A stretch of DNA of 64,000 nucleotides from contig NZ_JABEMC010000003.1 of the NCBI RefSeq assembly GCF_013004595.1, forward strand, positions 62,001 through 126,000, in the 5' to 3' direction. The stretch's first letter is position 1; every line of letters begins with the position of its first letter. Source of the stretch: Brevibacterium luteolum (GTDB taxonomy: Bacteria; Actinomycetota; Actinomycetes; Actinomycetales; Brevibacteriaceae). The notes under the pieces are model-generated. The model was not told the origin of the DNA and made no database searches. It was given only the letters and a program-made list of their open reading frames with translations. The position numbers and the translations under genes were made by a program. Shown piece by piece: positions 1 through 13,652 of this stretch.

Positions 1-2
1 AA

Positions 3-695
3 CTCGGTGGTTCCGATCCGTACATCATCCTCGATACGGACGATGTCAAGTCCGCAGCTGCAAATGCGTGGGCGACACGCATGTACAACACTGGCCAAGC
101 TTGCGACTCGAACAAGCGACTCATCGTCATGGAGGATGTGTACGACGAGTTCGTGGCAGAGCTCGAGTCACTCGCTTCCAAGATGAAGCCCGGTGATTAC
201 GACACCGAGGATGAAACGATCTATCAGCCGTTGTCCTCCCGCAGCGCTGCAGAGCGGCTCGCCGATCAGCTTGACCGCGTCAAGAAGGCTGGTGCCAACA
301 TTCGCGTTGGTGGAGAGCTAGCCGATGATGGCGCGTATATCAGCCCGGCCGTAGTTACCGATATCCCGCGCGGTTCCGATGTCTACTATGAAGAGCTCTT
401 CGGACCGGTTGCTGTTGTCTACAAGGTCTCCAGCGATGAAGAGGCGATTGAGCTTGCCAACGATTCGCAGTTTGGCCTTGGCGGCTCCGTGTTCTCCAAG
501 GATCGCGAGCGGGCTGAGAAGGTCGGATCGCAGCTGGAGGTCGGAATGTCAAAGGTGAACACTCACGCTGCTGAGGGTGAGGGGATTCCGTTCGGCGGCG
601 TGAAACGCTCCGGCTATGGACGAGAGCTAGGCCCTGTGGGTATGGACGAGTTCGTCAACAAGCGTCTGTACTGGGTTGGAGACGAGGGAGCGTAA
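3..695 (+). CDS. NAD(P)-dependent aldehyde dehydrogenase (succinate-semialdehyde dehydrogenase-like), 5' end outside the window
   Basis: The frame is open from position 3 (LGGSDPYIIL, the ELGG motif). It has the catalytic Cys in NTGQACDS, plus EELFGPV and PFGGVKRSGYGRE motifs. Confidence 0.92.
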   Translation, partial: LGGSDPYIILDTDDVKSAAANAWATRMYNTGQACDSNKRLIVMEDVYDEFVAELESLASKMKPGDYDTEDETIYQPLSSRSAAERLADQLDRVKKAGANIRVGGELADDGAYISPAVVTDIPRGSDVYYEELFGPVAVVYKVSSDEEAIELANDSQFGLGGSVFSKDRERAEKVGSQLEVGMSKVNTHAAEGEGIPFGGVKRSGYGRELGPVGMDEFVNKRLYWVGDEGA

Positions 696-734
696 ACCTG
701 GCAACTCGCGAGGCAACTCTGGCGAGCTACGAAA

Positions 735-767
735 TCGGCCCCTGACAGAGCTTCTGTCAGGGGCCGA
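735..767. terminator. Probable bidirectional intrinsic terminator hairpin
   Basis: TCGGCCCCTGACAGA-gct-TCTGTCAGGGGCCGA is a perfect 15-bp stem between convergent genes. Confidence 0.75.
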
Positions 768-786
768 CTACGTGACCAAGAAGAAA

Positions 787-1554
787 TCAGAATACGCCGT
801 GGTCGTGAACCGCGTCTTCGTCTGCGGGAACTTCGGAGATCGCATCCCATAGTTCGGCGATGGCTCCATCCTCGACACGCCAGAGCTCACAATACGAGTG
901 TCGAGCGCCAGCAATGCTGCCTTCGGAGTGAGTCAGAACGAAATCGCCTTGCGCTACAGTCCGATGGATGCGGTCGTAGACCAGCCCTTCACCGGAGTCT
1001 CTTAGCTTCTCCAGAAAGTCGATGACAGCGGGGATGCCGTCTCCGATGTCAGGACTGTGCTGCGTGAACTTACCGTCACGGCTGTACTCTTCGAAGCCCT
1101 GGTAGTCTCCGCCAATCAGCGTCTTCGTAAAGAACTCCGTGACCAGCGCGCGGTTCGCTTCGGTGTCTGCGTTCAGGTCAACATCGGTCGTCCCGTCAAG
1201 CTGGGTATGACCGGATTCGTTCGAAGCTGCGGCTGGCACGAGATTGTCCCAGTGCTCTGCGAGCTTGCCGTTCTCGACTCGGTAGATATCGAAACCGACG
1301 AGGTCGTTCTCGTCCAGGCCCTCGAACTTCCCGTGCAGAGCGACCAAGTCGCCGTCTTCGATGACACGAACGTTCGTGTACTTCAGCCCGTCTCCCGCTT
1401 CGTCAACGAGCTCCTTCAGACCGTTCCGGTCTCCGGCGACCAATGGCGAGTGTTCGACGAAACCGTCGGTGAAGTGGGAATCGAGCACGGACGTGTCGTG
1501 CTCATGGAAGAGCTTGGTGTGGATTTCCAGTACGAGGCTTCCGTTATCTGACAT
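787..1554 (-). CDS. Tandem SnoaL/NTF2-like domain protein
   Basis: Two repeats of the F..HSP...DG / ..GD.V..H / D.(Y/W)RVE.GK.AEHWD pattern. ATG at 1554 follows an AGAGGAG RBS. Confidence 0.85.
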   Translation of the reverse strand: MSDNGSLVLEIHTKLFHEHDTSVLDSHFTDGFVEHSPLVAGDRNGLKELVDEAGDGLKYTNVRVIEDGDLVALHGKFEGLDENDLVGFDIYRVENGKLAEHWDNLVPAAASNESGHTQLDGTTDVDLNADTEANRALVTEFFTKTLIGGDYQGFEEYSRDGKFTQHSPDIGDGIPAVIDFLEKLRDSGEGLVYDRIHRTVAQGDFVLTHSEGSIAGARHSYCELWRVEDGAIAELWDAISEVPADEDAVHDHGVF

Positions 1555-1651
1555 GTCAGCGTCTCCTCTGCTGCTCCAAATGCATGGCATTCGCCTGCTT
1601 CTTGCAGTCTAAGCGGCAGAGTCACACTTCGATAGGGTCAGCGGTTACTCC

Positions 1652-2266
1652 TCAGCGCCCGGCGAGCACGTCGGGCACACCGAGCCAGTCGAACCAGCCG
1701 CGGTGGATGACGAGCCAGGCCAGCAGCCCGTAGCCCTCCTGGCTCGGCAGGCCGGTTGACGACGAGGCGATCTCCCGCTGCCACACAGCATGACCGCGCA
1801 GGGGAGTGAAGGTGTCGACGTAGGGCACACCTCGGCGATGGGCGACATCAGCGAAGCCTGCGTTGAGATCGGCGATCGACCGGTTCGTCAGCTCCCCGAT
1901 CGCCGGCGGCGGGCCGACGACGAACGTCGAGACCTCAGCAGCCAGGGCCGCATCGAGGATGTTGGCGAGGTTGAGCCGTGACCGGGCGGTCGAGAGCCCG
2001 GCATCGATGTCAGCGGTGCCCGGGGCGATGACGAGGCGGTTGTCGGTCTCAGAGGAGAACCGGCGCATCGCCTCTCCGATGCAGCGATCGTGCAGGTCGG
2101 CTGAGGTCTCATCCGGCGCTGCCAGGGTGTAGAAGTTCGCGCTCGGCAGCGCGGGATGCGTGCGGACGGCGACACGGCCGACCCATCCGAGACCACGACC
2201 ATCGCCGTGGCCGGCAACGAGTTCGCTGCCGGCCACGACGATCGAAGTGGACTTCGGGTTGCTCAC
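1652..2266 (-). CDS. GDSL/SGNH-type hydrolase family protein
   Basis: GSELVAGHGD..GLGWVGR block I-like motif, SRLNLANILD, and P.QEGY. Sits directly downstream of kgd, as is common in actinobacteria. Confidence 0.8.
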   Translation of the reverse strand: MSNPKSTSIVVAGSELVAGHGDGRGLGWVGRVAVRTHPALPSANFYTLAAPDETSADLHDRCIGEAMRRFSSETDNRLVIAPGTADIDAGLSTARSRLNLANILDAALAAEVSTFVVGPPPAIGELTNRSIADLNAGFADVAHRRGVPYVDTFTPLRGHAVWQREIASSSTGLPSQEGYGLLAWLVIHRGWFDWLGVPDVLAGR

Positions 2267-2269
2267 GCT

Positions 2270-7609
<5,340 letters not shown>

Positions 7610-7635
7610 GACGGCCGCCATCTGATCTCCTCACC

Positions 7636-7687
7636 CCGTGCCCGAGGCGGTGGCCACCATGCGTGGCGACCACCGCCTCGGGCACGG
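7636..7687 (+). terminator. GC-rich hairpin after guaB1
   Basis: CCGTGCCCGAGGCGGTGG ... CCACCGCCTCGGGCACGG, an 18-bp inverted repeat. Confidence 0.7.
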
Positions 7688-7699
7688 TAAACTTCTCGC

Positions 7700-7861
7700 A
7701 TGACCAGTGACAGTCCCAGCCGGCGTGAAGCCGGCAGCCCCGATAAACCCCGAATACCTGGCATCAGCCCCGCCGCGCGTGACGCGGCCCTGCTGATGCG
7801 AAGCTCCACCCGGCGCGTGCGCGCCGTTCACGGTCACCTGTCGGCAGGGGACAGCCGCTGA
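7700..7861 (+). CDS. Putative leaderless 53-aa leader peptide (uORF) coupled to the CNNM gene
   Basis: TAAACT -10 box at 7688-7693, then ATG 6 nt later. The frame is open for 53 codons and its TGA overlaps the next ATG (TGATG). Confidence 0.55.
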   Translation: MTSDSPSRREAGSPDKPRIPGISPAARDAALLMRSSTRRVRAVHGHLSAGDSR

Positions 7862-9216
7862 TGGAATGGCTACTCCTCGCACTCGCCCTGCTCCTCATCC
7901 TCGGCACCGGCGTGTTCGTCGCAGCCGAGTTCTCTCTCCTCACCCTTGACAAGCACACCGTCGACGAAGCCGTCGCGCGCGGCGATCGCGGCTCGAAGTA
8001 CCTGCGCAAGGGCATCACACACCTCTCAACTCAGCTCTCTGCAGCCCAGGTCGGCATCACGATCACGACCCTGCTGACCGGCTATCTCATGGAGCCCTCA
8101 CTCGGTGCGCTGCTGCGCGGGCCCCTGCATGCCCTCGGGTTGTCCGAGGGCGCCTCCGGCAGTATGTCCCTGACGATCGCGCTGCTCATATCGACCCTGC
8201 TGTCGATGGTCGTCGGTGAGCTCGTGCCGAAGAACATGGCGATCTCTTCACCGCTGAAGACCGGCAAGATCTTCGTCCCGCTGCAGTACTTCTTCTCCAT
8301 TGCCTTCCGCCCGATCATCGCCGTCCTCAACGGCACGGCGAATAAGGCGCTGCTGGCGATGGGCATCGAACCGCAGGAGGAGGGCTCGGCCGGCCGCTCG
8401 GCCGATGAGCTCACCGCGCTTGTGCGGCACTCGGCCCAGGAGGGCACGATGAATGAGCAGACCGCCGATCTGCTCACGCGCACACTCAGCTTCTCCCAAC
8501 GCACCGCCGAAGACGTCATGACCCCGCGCACACGGATGGTCACCGTCAAACGTGAGACGACTGCTGCTGAGATCGTCGAACTTGCCCGCTCGACCGGATT
8601 CTCCCGGTTCCCCGTCACCGGCGAGTCCCGCGACGAGATCGAAGGCGTCGTGCACATCAAGCAGGCCGTGGCCGTACCGCTGGCCAACCGCGCCGATGCC
8701 TACGCCGCAGGCCTTATGACCGAGGTCGCCGAGTTCCCCGAGACCCTTGCCCTCGATCCTCTGCTCATGGAGCTGCGCTCGCGCGGCACCCAGATGGCCG
8801 TCGTCGTCGACGAATACGGCGGCACCGCCGGTGTCGTGACCTTGGAAGACGTCGTCGAGGAGCTCGTCGGCGAGGTCGTCGACGAACACGACCGGCTCTC
8901 GGTGACCGTCCGGCCGGCCCGAGACGGTTCGTGGATCATCCCCGGACGGCTGCGCCCCGATGAGGTCGCCGGCATCATCGGCGTCGAGATCCCCGAAGAC
9001 CCCGACTACGAAACGGTGGCAGGCTTCGTGCTCAAGGAGCTCGGTCGGATCCCCGAAGTCGGCGACACCGTCCGCATCGAAGACGCCACCCTGACTGTCG
9101 AGCGCCTGCACGGCCGGCGCATCGAACGCCTGCGGCTGCGCCCGGACTACACCACCGTCGAGTGGGATGAGAGCTCCTGGCCGGTCGGAGACTCGAGCGC
9201 AGGAGGTCAGCCATGA
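7861..9216 (+). CDS. HlyC/CorC (CNNM-CBS-CorC) family membrane protein
   Basis: FVAAEF, QVGIT, GELVPK, GFSRFPV, VVDEYGGTAGVVTLED, and a C-terminal CorC domain (YETVAG). Confidence 0.93.
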   Translation: MEWLLLALALLLILGTGVFVAAEFSLLTLDKHTVDEAVARGDRGSKYLRKGITHLSTQLSAAQVGITITTLLTGYLMEPSLGALLRGPLHALGLSEGASGSMSLTIALLISTLLSMVVGELVPKNMAISSPLKTGKIFVPLQYFFSIAFRPIIAVLNGTANKALLAMGIEPQEEGSAGRSADELTALVRHSAQEGTMNEQTADLLTRTLSFSQRTAEDVMTPRTRMVTVKRETTAAEIVELARSTGFSRFPVTGESRDEIEGVVHIKQAVAVPLANRADAYAAGLMTEVAEFPETLALDPLLMELRSRGTQMAVVVDEYGGTAGVVTLEDVVEELVGEVVDEHDRLSVTVRPARDGSWIIPGRLRPDEVAGIIGVEIPEDPDYETVAGFVLKELGRIPEVGDTVRIEDATLTVERLHGRRIERLRLRPDYTTVEWDESSWPVGDSSAGGQP

Positions 9217-10274
9217 GCGATTGGCTGGGTCTCGTGTGGCTCGTCGTCCTGCTGCTGGGCAACGCCTTCTTCGTGGCCGCGGAGTTCGGCATCGTCTCGG
9301 CCAAGCGCTCGCAGATCGAGCCGAAGGCCGAAGAGGGATCGAAGGCAGCGAAGACGACGCTGTTCGCCATGGAGCACGTCTCGCTCATGCTGGCGATCTG
9401 CCAGCTGGGCATCACTGTGTGCTCACTGCTACTGGGCAATGTCGCAGAACCGGCGATTCACCACCTGCTCGTCGGCCCGATGAGCTTCCTCGGCGTGCCC
9501 GCGGCGCTGTCTGGGCTGATCGCCTTCATCATCGCGCTGTCGGTGGTGACGTACCTGCACGTCGTCGTCGGCGAGATGATCCCGAAGAACATCGCGCTCG
9601 CCGTCTCCCAGCAGGCGGCCATGCTGCTCGCCCCGCCGCTGGTGGTGCTGGCCCGCATCTTCGGCTTCGTCATCCGCCCGATGAACGCTTTCGCCAACCG
9701 GATCCTCAAGCTCATGGGGGTCGAACCGCGCGACGACGTCAACGCCGCCTACACGATCGAGGAAGTGCAGTCGATTGTCGCCGAGTCCCAGCGCGAGGGA
9801 CTGCTGAGCGATGACACCGGGCTGCTCAAGGGCGCCCTGGAGTTCTCCGACAAGACCATCGGGGACGTCATGGTGCCGATGGACCGTGTCGTCACCGTGG
9901 CTGAGGATGTCACACCTGCGCATATCGAGCAGCTGGTCGCCCGCACCGGCTTTTCGCGCTACATCATCCTCGACAGCGACGGGGAGCCCGGCGGCTACAT
10001 CCACGTCAAGGATGTGCTCTACGCCGACACGGAGGACGACTATGCCTCCGAGATCCCTGATAAGCGCTTCCGTTCGCTGGTGACGCTGCGCGCTGCCGAC
10101 GAGATCGAGGACTCCCTCGATTCGATGCAGCAGGCAGGACACCACGTCGGCCGGGTGCTCGACGAGAACCATCGCACCGTCGGCATCCTGTTCCTCGAAG
10201 ACGTCATCGAGGAACTCGTCGGCGAGGTGCACGATGTCATGCAGCGTGCTCCGCGGGTGCGCAGGGTCGACTGA
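9213..10274 (+). CDS. Second CNNM/CBS family protein, without a CorC C-terminal domain
   Basis: NAFFVAAEF, QLGIT, GEMIPKN, GFSRY, and LEDVIEELVGE. ATGA overlap with the upstream gene. Confidence 0.92.
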   Translation: MSDWLGLVWLVVLLLGNAFFVAAEFGIVSAKRSQIEPKAEEGSKAAKTTLFAMEHVSLMLAICQLGITVCSLLLGNVAEPAIHHLLVGPMSFLGVPAALSGLIAFIIALSVVTYLHVVVGEMIPKNIALAVSQQAAMLLAPPLVVLARIFGFVIRPMNAFANRILKLMGVEPRDDVNAAYTIEEVQSIVAESQREGLLSDDTGLLKGALEFSDKTIGDVMVPMDRVVTVAEDVTPAHIEQLVARTGFSRYIILDSDGEPGGYIHVKDVLYADTEDDYASEIPDKRFRSLVTLRAADEIEDSLDSMQQAGHHVGRVLDENHRTVGILFLEDVIEELVGEVHDVMQRAPRVRRVD

Positions 10275-10529
10275 TTCTGCGGCGCCTGCACCGGAATCGA
10301 GTGAAATAGCAGAAGTGAAACAACAGTGGAGTCGCCAGTCGCCGACGTATGGCCCGGGCGTGACTGAGACGAGGGACAACACAACAGTTCTGTTACATAT
10401 CGACACGCGTGGCGATGCGCCGACGAAAGAATTTTCGGCGTATGTGCGCCTGATATGAGACTGTGTACGCGCATGTGCGCTGTAATCGGGTGAATCGCCC
10501 GCACGGGTGATGCGCGGGCGGCGAGCGAC

Positions 10530-10625
10530 ATGACAACTCGTAACATTGTCGTTATAGTGCTGTGACATGTGGTCGGTCGCCGTGACAACACGGCTGCGGC
10601 ACATAGGTGTGACAGCACCACGACA
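10530..10625 (+). promoter_or_regulatory. Phased GTnACA direct-repeat array, a candidate MtrA/OmpR-family binding region
   Basis: ATGACA 10530, GTAACA 10540, GTTATA 10551, GTGACA 10562, GTGACA 10582, GTGACA 10609, ACGACA 10620. Confidence 0.5.
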
Positions 10626-10658
10626 GATTTTGCAGTAGAGACAGTTGGGAGATGAGTA

Positions 10659-11615
10659 GTGGCACAGGAGCCGACACCATCGGTCGCCATGACTCGCCGC
10701 GAACGCCGGGAGCAGGAGAACGCGAACCGCACACGACGTGCATCCTTCCGCATCCCAGGCACCCACCCGAACCGTACCACCAGCACCGCTGACAGCGCCC
10801 TGGCCTCACCGGCCACTCGCACGCGCAAGGTCGGAGCCGGTGCCGTGGCCTACCGCGGATCCGATGGCTCGCTCGTGCGCTCCTACAAGCGCCGCCGCCT
10901 GGCAACTGTCTCGGCCATGGCCTCGGTCTCCGTCGCCGGCAGCGCTATCGCCGCGATGCTGCTCATCGGCAACACCTCCACGCAGGACCAGGTCGCCGCC
11001 GGCAGCACCCTCGACGCCGCAGCGACCAACGTCGTCGGAGCCGAATCGGTCCAGACGAACGTCAGCTCCGTCGGCAACGAGTCCGGCACCCAGAACTACG
11101 CCGGCGGCGTGCCGAGCGCCAAGAAGGATCGCGACGCCGAGGCCGCCTCGCGCTCCGTCACCCGCACCGTGCTGCCCGGCTGCTCCGGTGAAGCACCCTC
11201 CGGTGACTACAGCAACGGCCAGGTTCCCGATGACTACCTGTGCGACGTCGGCATCGGCAAGCACAAGCTGCGCGCAGACGCCGCTGTTGCCTTCGCTGAG
11301 ATGAACGCCGCGTTCAAGGCCGAGACCGGCAAGGACATGGCCATCACCGACTCCTACCGCACGCTCGAGTCCCAGGTCTCGGTCGCCGGCCGCAAGCCCG
11401 GCCTGGCCGCCCGCCCCGGCACCTCGATGCACGGCTGGGGTGTGGCCCTCGACTTCGGCGGCGGTGCCGCCAGCGCCTCGGGCGAGCAGTACAACTGGCT
11501 CGTCAAGCACGGCAAGGAGTACGGCTGGGAGAACCCCGCCTGGGCGAAGACCTCGAAGTACGAGCCGTGGCACTGGGAGTACGTCCCGGCCCGCGACAAG
11601 ATCAAGGGCCAGTGA
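10659..11615 (+). CDS. Membrane-anchored M15B (VanY-like) D,D-carboxypeptidase family metallopeptidase
   Basis: ITDSYR, PGTSMHGWGVALD (SxHxxGxAxD), and EPWHWEY. A basic N-terminus is followed by one hydrophobic segment. Confidence 0.88.
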   Translation: MAQEPTPSVAMTRRERREQENANRTRRASFRIPGTHPNRTTSTADSALASPATRTRKVGAGAVAYRGSDGSLVRSYKRRRLATVSAMASVSVAGSAIAAMLLIGNTSTQDQVAAGSTLDAAATNVVGAESVQTNVSSVGNESGTQNYAGGVPSAKKDRDAEAASRSVTRTVLPGCSGEAPSGDYSNGQVPDDYLCDVGIGKHKLRADAAVAFAEMNAAFKAETGKDMAITDSYRTLESQVSVAGRKPGLAARPGTSMHGWGVALDFGGGAASASGEQYNWLVKHGKEYGWENPAWAKTSKYEPWHWEYVPARDKIKGQ

Positions 11616-11729
11616 CGCACTGACCCACCGCCGCGTCGCTGCCCGACAGCGCCGCGGTACCGTGGCTCGGCTCACCAGTCACCGGTGCGCGTGACAGCGC
11701 ACATGAGTGCTAGTATTGTCGAGTTGCCA

Positions 11730-11802
11730 GCCCGCGTAGCTCAGCGGATAGAGCGTCTGCCTCCGGAGCAGAAGGTCGTAGGTTCGAATCCTGTCGCGGG
11801 CG
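11730..11802 (+). tRNA. tRNA-Arg(CCG)
   Basis: Cloverleaf GCCCGCG/CGCGGGC, anticodon arm TCTGC-CTCCGGA-GCAGA, and T-loop GTTCGAATC. Confidence 0.97.
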
Positions 11803-11809
11803 CGACATC

Positions 11810-11843
11810 AGGCCCGTCACCTGGAAATCCAGGTGACGGGCCT
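11810..11843 (+). terminator. Terminator hairpin after tRNA-Arg
   Basis: AGGCCCGTCACCTGGA-aa-TCCAGGTGACGGGCCT perfect inverted repeat. Confidence 0.75.
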
Positions 11844-11954
11844 GCTTCGTCCCAGGTCGGTCAGCCGCCGGCGGGACGTGTCGCCCCGCTCACATCGATA
11901 CCGATATGCGGGCCTCAAGTCGCTTAGCCACGGGCAAGGTAATACGCTAAGCAC

Positions 11955-13652
11955 GTGACTCCCGAACAGCTTAAAGAAGCCATCCGCTCTGCCATCGGCC
12001 AGCTGAACATGCAGCACGGCTACGCCATCGAAGCACCCGCCCGACTCGTCGTCGAGCGACCGAAGAACCGCGCCCACGGCGACTGGTCTTCCAACGTGGC
12101 ACTGCAGACGGCGAAGAAGGCCGGGCTCAACCCGCGGGATCTCGCCACCGAGATCGCCGAGGTGCTGGCGGCCGATGAGGGCATCGACACCGCCGAGGTG
12201 GCCGGCCCGGGATTCATCAACATCACCTTGGCAGCCGGTGCCGCCGGTGCGCTGGCTGCTGACATCGTCGCCGCCGGTGACGACTACGGCCGCACCAAGA
12301 CGCTTGCCGGTCACATCATCAACATGGAGTTCGTCTCCGCCAACCCGACCGGCCCTCTGCACCTCGGCCACACCCGCTGGGCAGCCCTTGGCGATGCGAT
12401 CGCCCGCGTGCTCGCCGCTGCTGGCGCGAACGTCACCGCCGAGTACTACATCAACGACGCCGGCGCCCAGATGGACGTCTTCGCCGACTCCGTCGTCGCC
12501 CGCCTGCTCGGCCGCGAGGTGCCTGCCGGCGGCTACCCCGGCGGATATGTCACCGAGATCGCCCAAACGATCACCGCCTCGGACCCGGAGCTCGCCGCCG
12601 AGGTCAAAGCGACCGCGCAGGTGCCCGAATCGGATGCCGACGCTCCGGCACCGGCCGTCATCCCCGATGACGTGCGCGCCCGCCTGCGCGAACGTGCCTA
12701 CGAGCTGCAGATGGCCGACATCCGCGACACACTCGCCGACTTCGACGTCAGCTTCGACGTGTGGTTCTCCGAAGCCAGCCTGCACAACTCCAACGCCGTG
12801 ACCGAGGCTGTCGGCCGACTGCGCGAACAGGGTCACGTCTACGACCACGACGGCGCCGTGTGGCTGCGCACCACCGAGTTCGGCGACGACAAGGACCGCG
12901 TGCTCATCCGCGCCGACGGCAACCCCACCTACTTCGCCGCCGATGCCGCGTACTATCTGGATAAGAAGGACCGCGGCTTCATCGAGAAGATCTACCTCCT
13001 CGGCGCCGACCACCACGGCTACGTCGGCCGGCTCAAGGCGATCGCAGCAGCTGCCGGTGATGACCCGGAGAAGAACATCGAGGTGCTCATCGGCCAGCTC
13101 ATCAAGGTCAACGGCGCCAAGCTGTCCAAGCGCGCCGGCAATATCATCGAGCTGCGCGACATCATCAACTGGCTCGGCCGCGATGCCGTGCGCTACTCAC
13201 TGGCCCGCCAGCCGGCCGACTCGCCGCTGACCCTGGACCCCGAGGTGCTGCGCAGCGCCAGCAACGACAACCCGGTCTACTACGTCCAGTACGCCCACGC
13301 CCGCTCGCAGTCGGTCGCCCGCAACGCCGAGGCCGCCGGCATCACCACCGAGGCCTTCGACGCCTCAACACTGACGCATGCCACCGAGGCAGCACTGTTG
13401 GCCGCCCTGGCCGACTTCCCGCGTGTCGTCGCCCAGGCCGCTGAGCTGCGCGAACCCCACCGGGTGGCCCGCTACCTCGAAAGCCTCGCCGGCACCTTCC
13501 ACAAGTGGTACGACAGCTGCCGTGTCACCCCGCGCGCCGGTGAGGACATCGAACCGGTTCACTCCTCGCGCCTGGTCCTCGACCTCGCGACCGCGACCGT
13601 GCTGCGCAACGGCCTGCGCCTGCTCGGCGTCAGCGCCCCGGAGCGGATGTAA
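11955..13652 (+). CDS. argS: Arginine--tRNA ligase
   Basis: EFVSANPTGPLHLGH (HIGH), GADHHGY, KLSKR, and NPVYYVQYAHAR. Confidence 0.97.
   Translation: MTPEQLKEAIRSAIGQLNMQHGYAIEAPARLVVERPKNRAHGDWSSNVALQTAKKAGLNPRDLATEIAEVLAADEGIDTAEVAGPGFINITLAAGAAGALAADIVAAGDDYGRTKTLAGHIINMEFVSANPTGPLHLGHTRWAALGDAIARVLAAAGANVTAEYYINDAGAQMDVFADSVVARLLGREVPAGGYPGGYVTEIAQTITASDPELAAEVKATAQVPESDADAPAPAVIPDDVRARLRERAYELQMADIRDTLADFDVSFDVWFSEASLHNSNAVTEAVGRLREQGHVYDHDGAVWLRTTEFGDDKDRVLIRADGNPTYFAADAAYYLDKKDRGFIEKIYLLGADHHGYVGRLKAIAAAAGDDPEKNIEVLIGQLIKVNGAKLSKRAGNIIELRDIINWLGRDAVRYSLARQPADSPLTLDPEVLRSASNDNPVYYVQYAHARSQSVARNAEAAGITTEAFDASTLTHATEAALLAALADFPRVVAQAAELREPHRVARYLESLAGTFHKWYDSCRVTPRAGEDIEPVHSSRLVLDLATATVLRNGLRLLGVSAPERM

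Noticed and set aside
10480..10530. c-di-AMP (ydaO) riboswitch upstream of the peptidase (GGGTGAATC seen)
   Set aside because: The other conserved blocks (GCTGAATCC, GGGGAACC, CCCGAACCCG.CAGCTAAC) are absent.
9429..10828. Minus-strand ORFs of 445 and 262 aa spanning the CNNM-peptidase gap
   Set aside because: They overlap real genes on the opposite strand, have odd Cys/Arg-rich composition, and show no clear RBS or motif.
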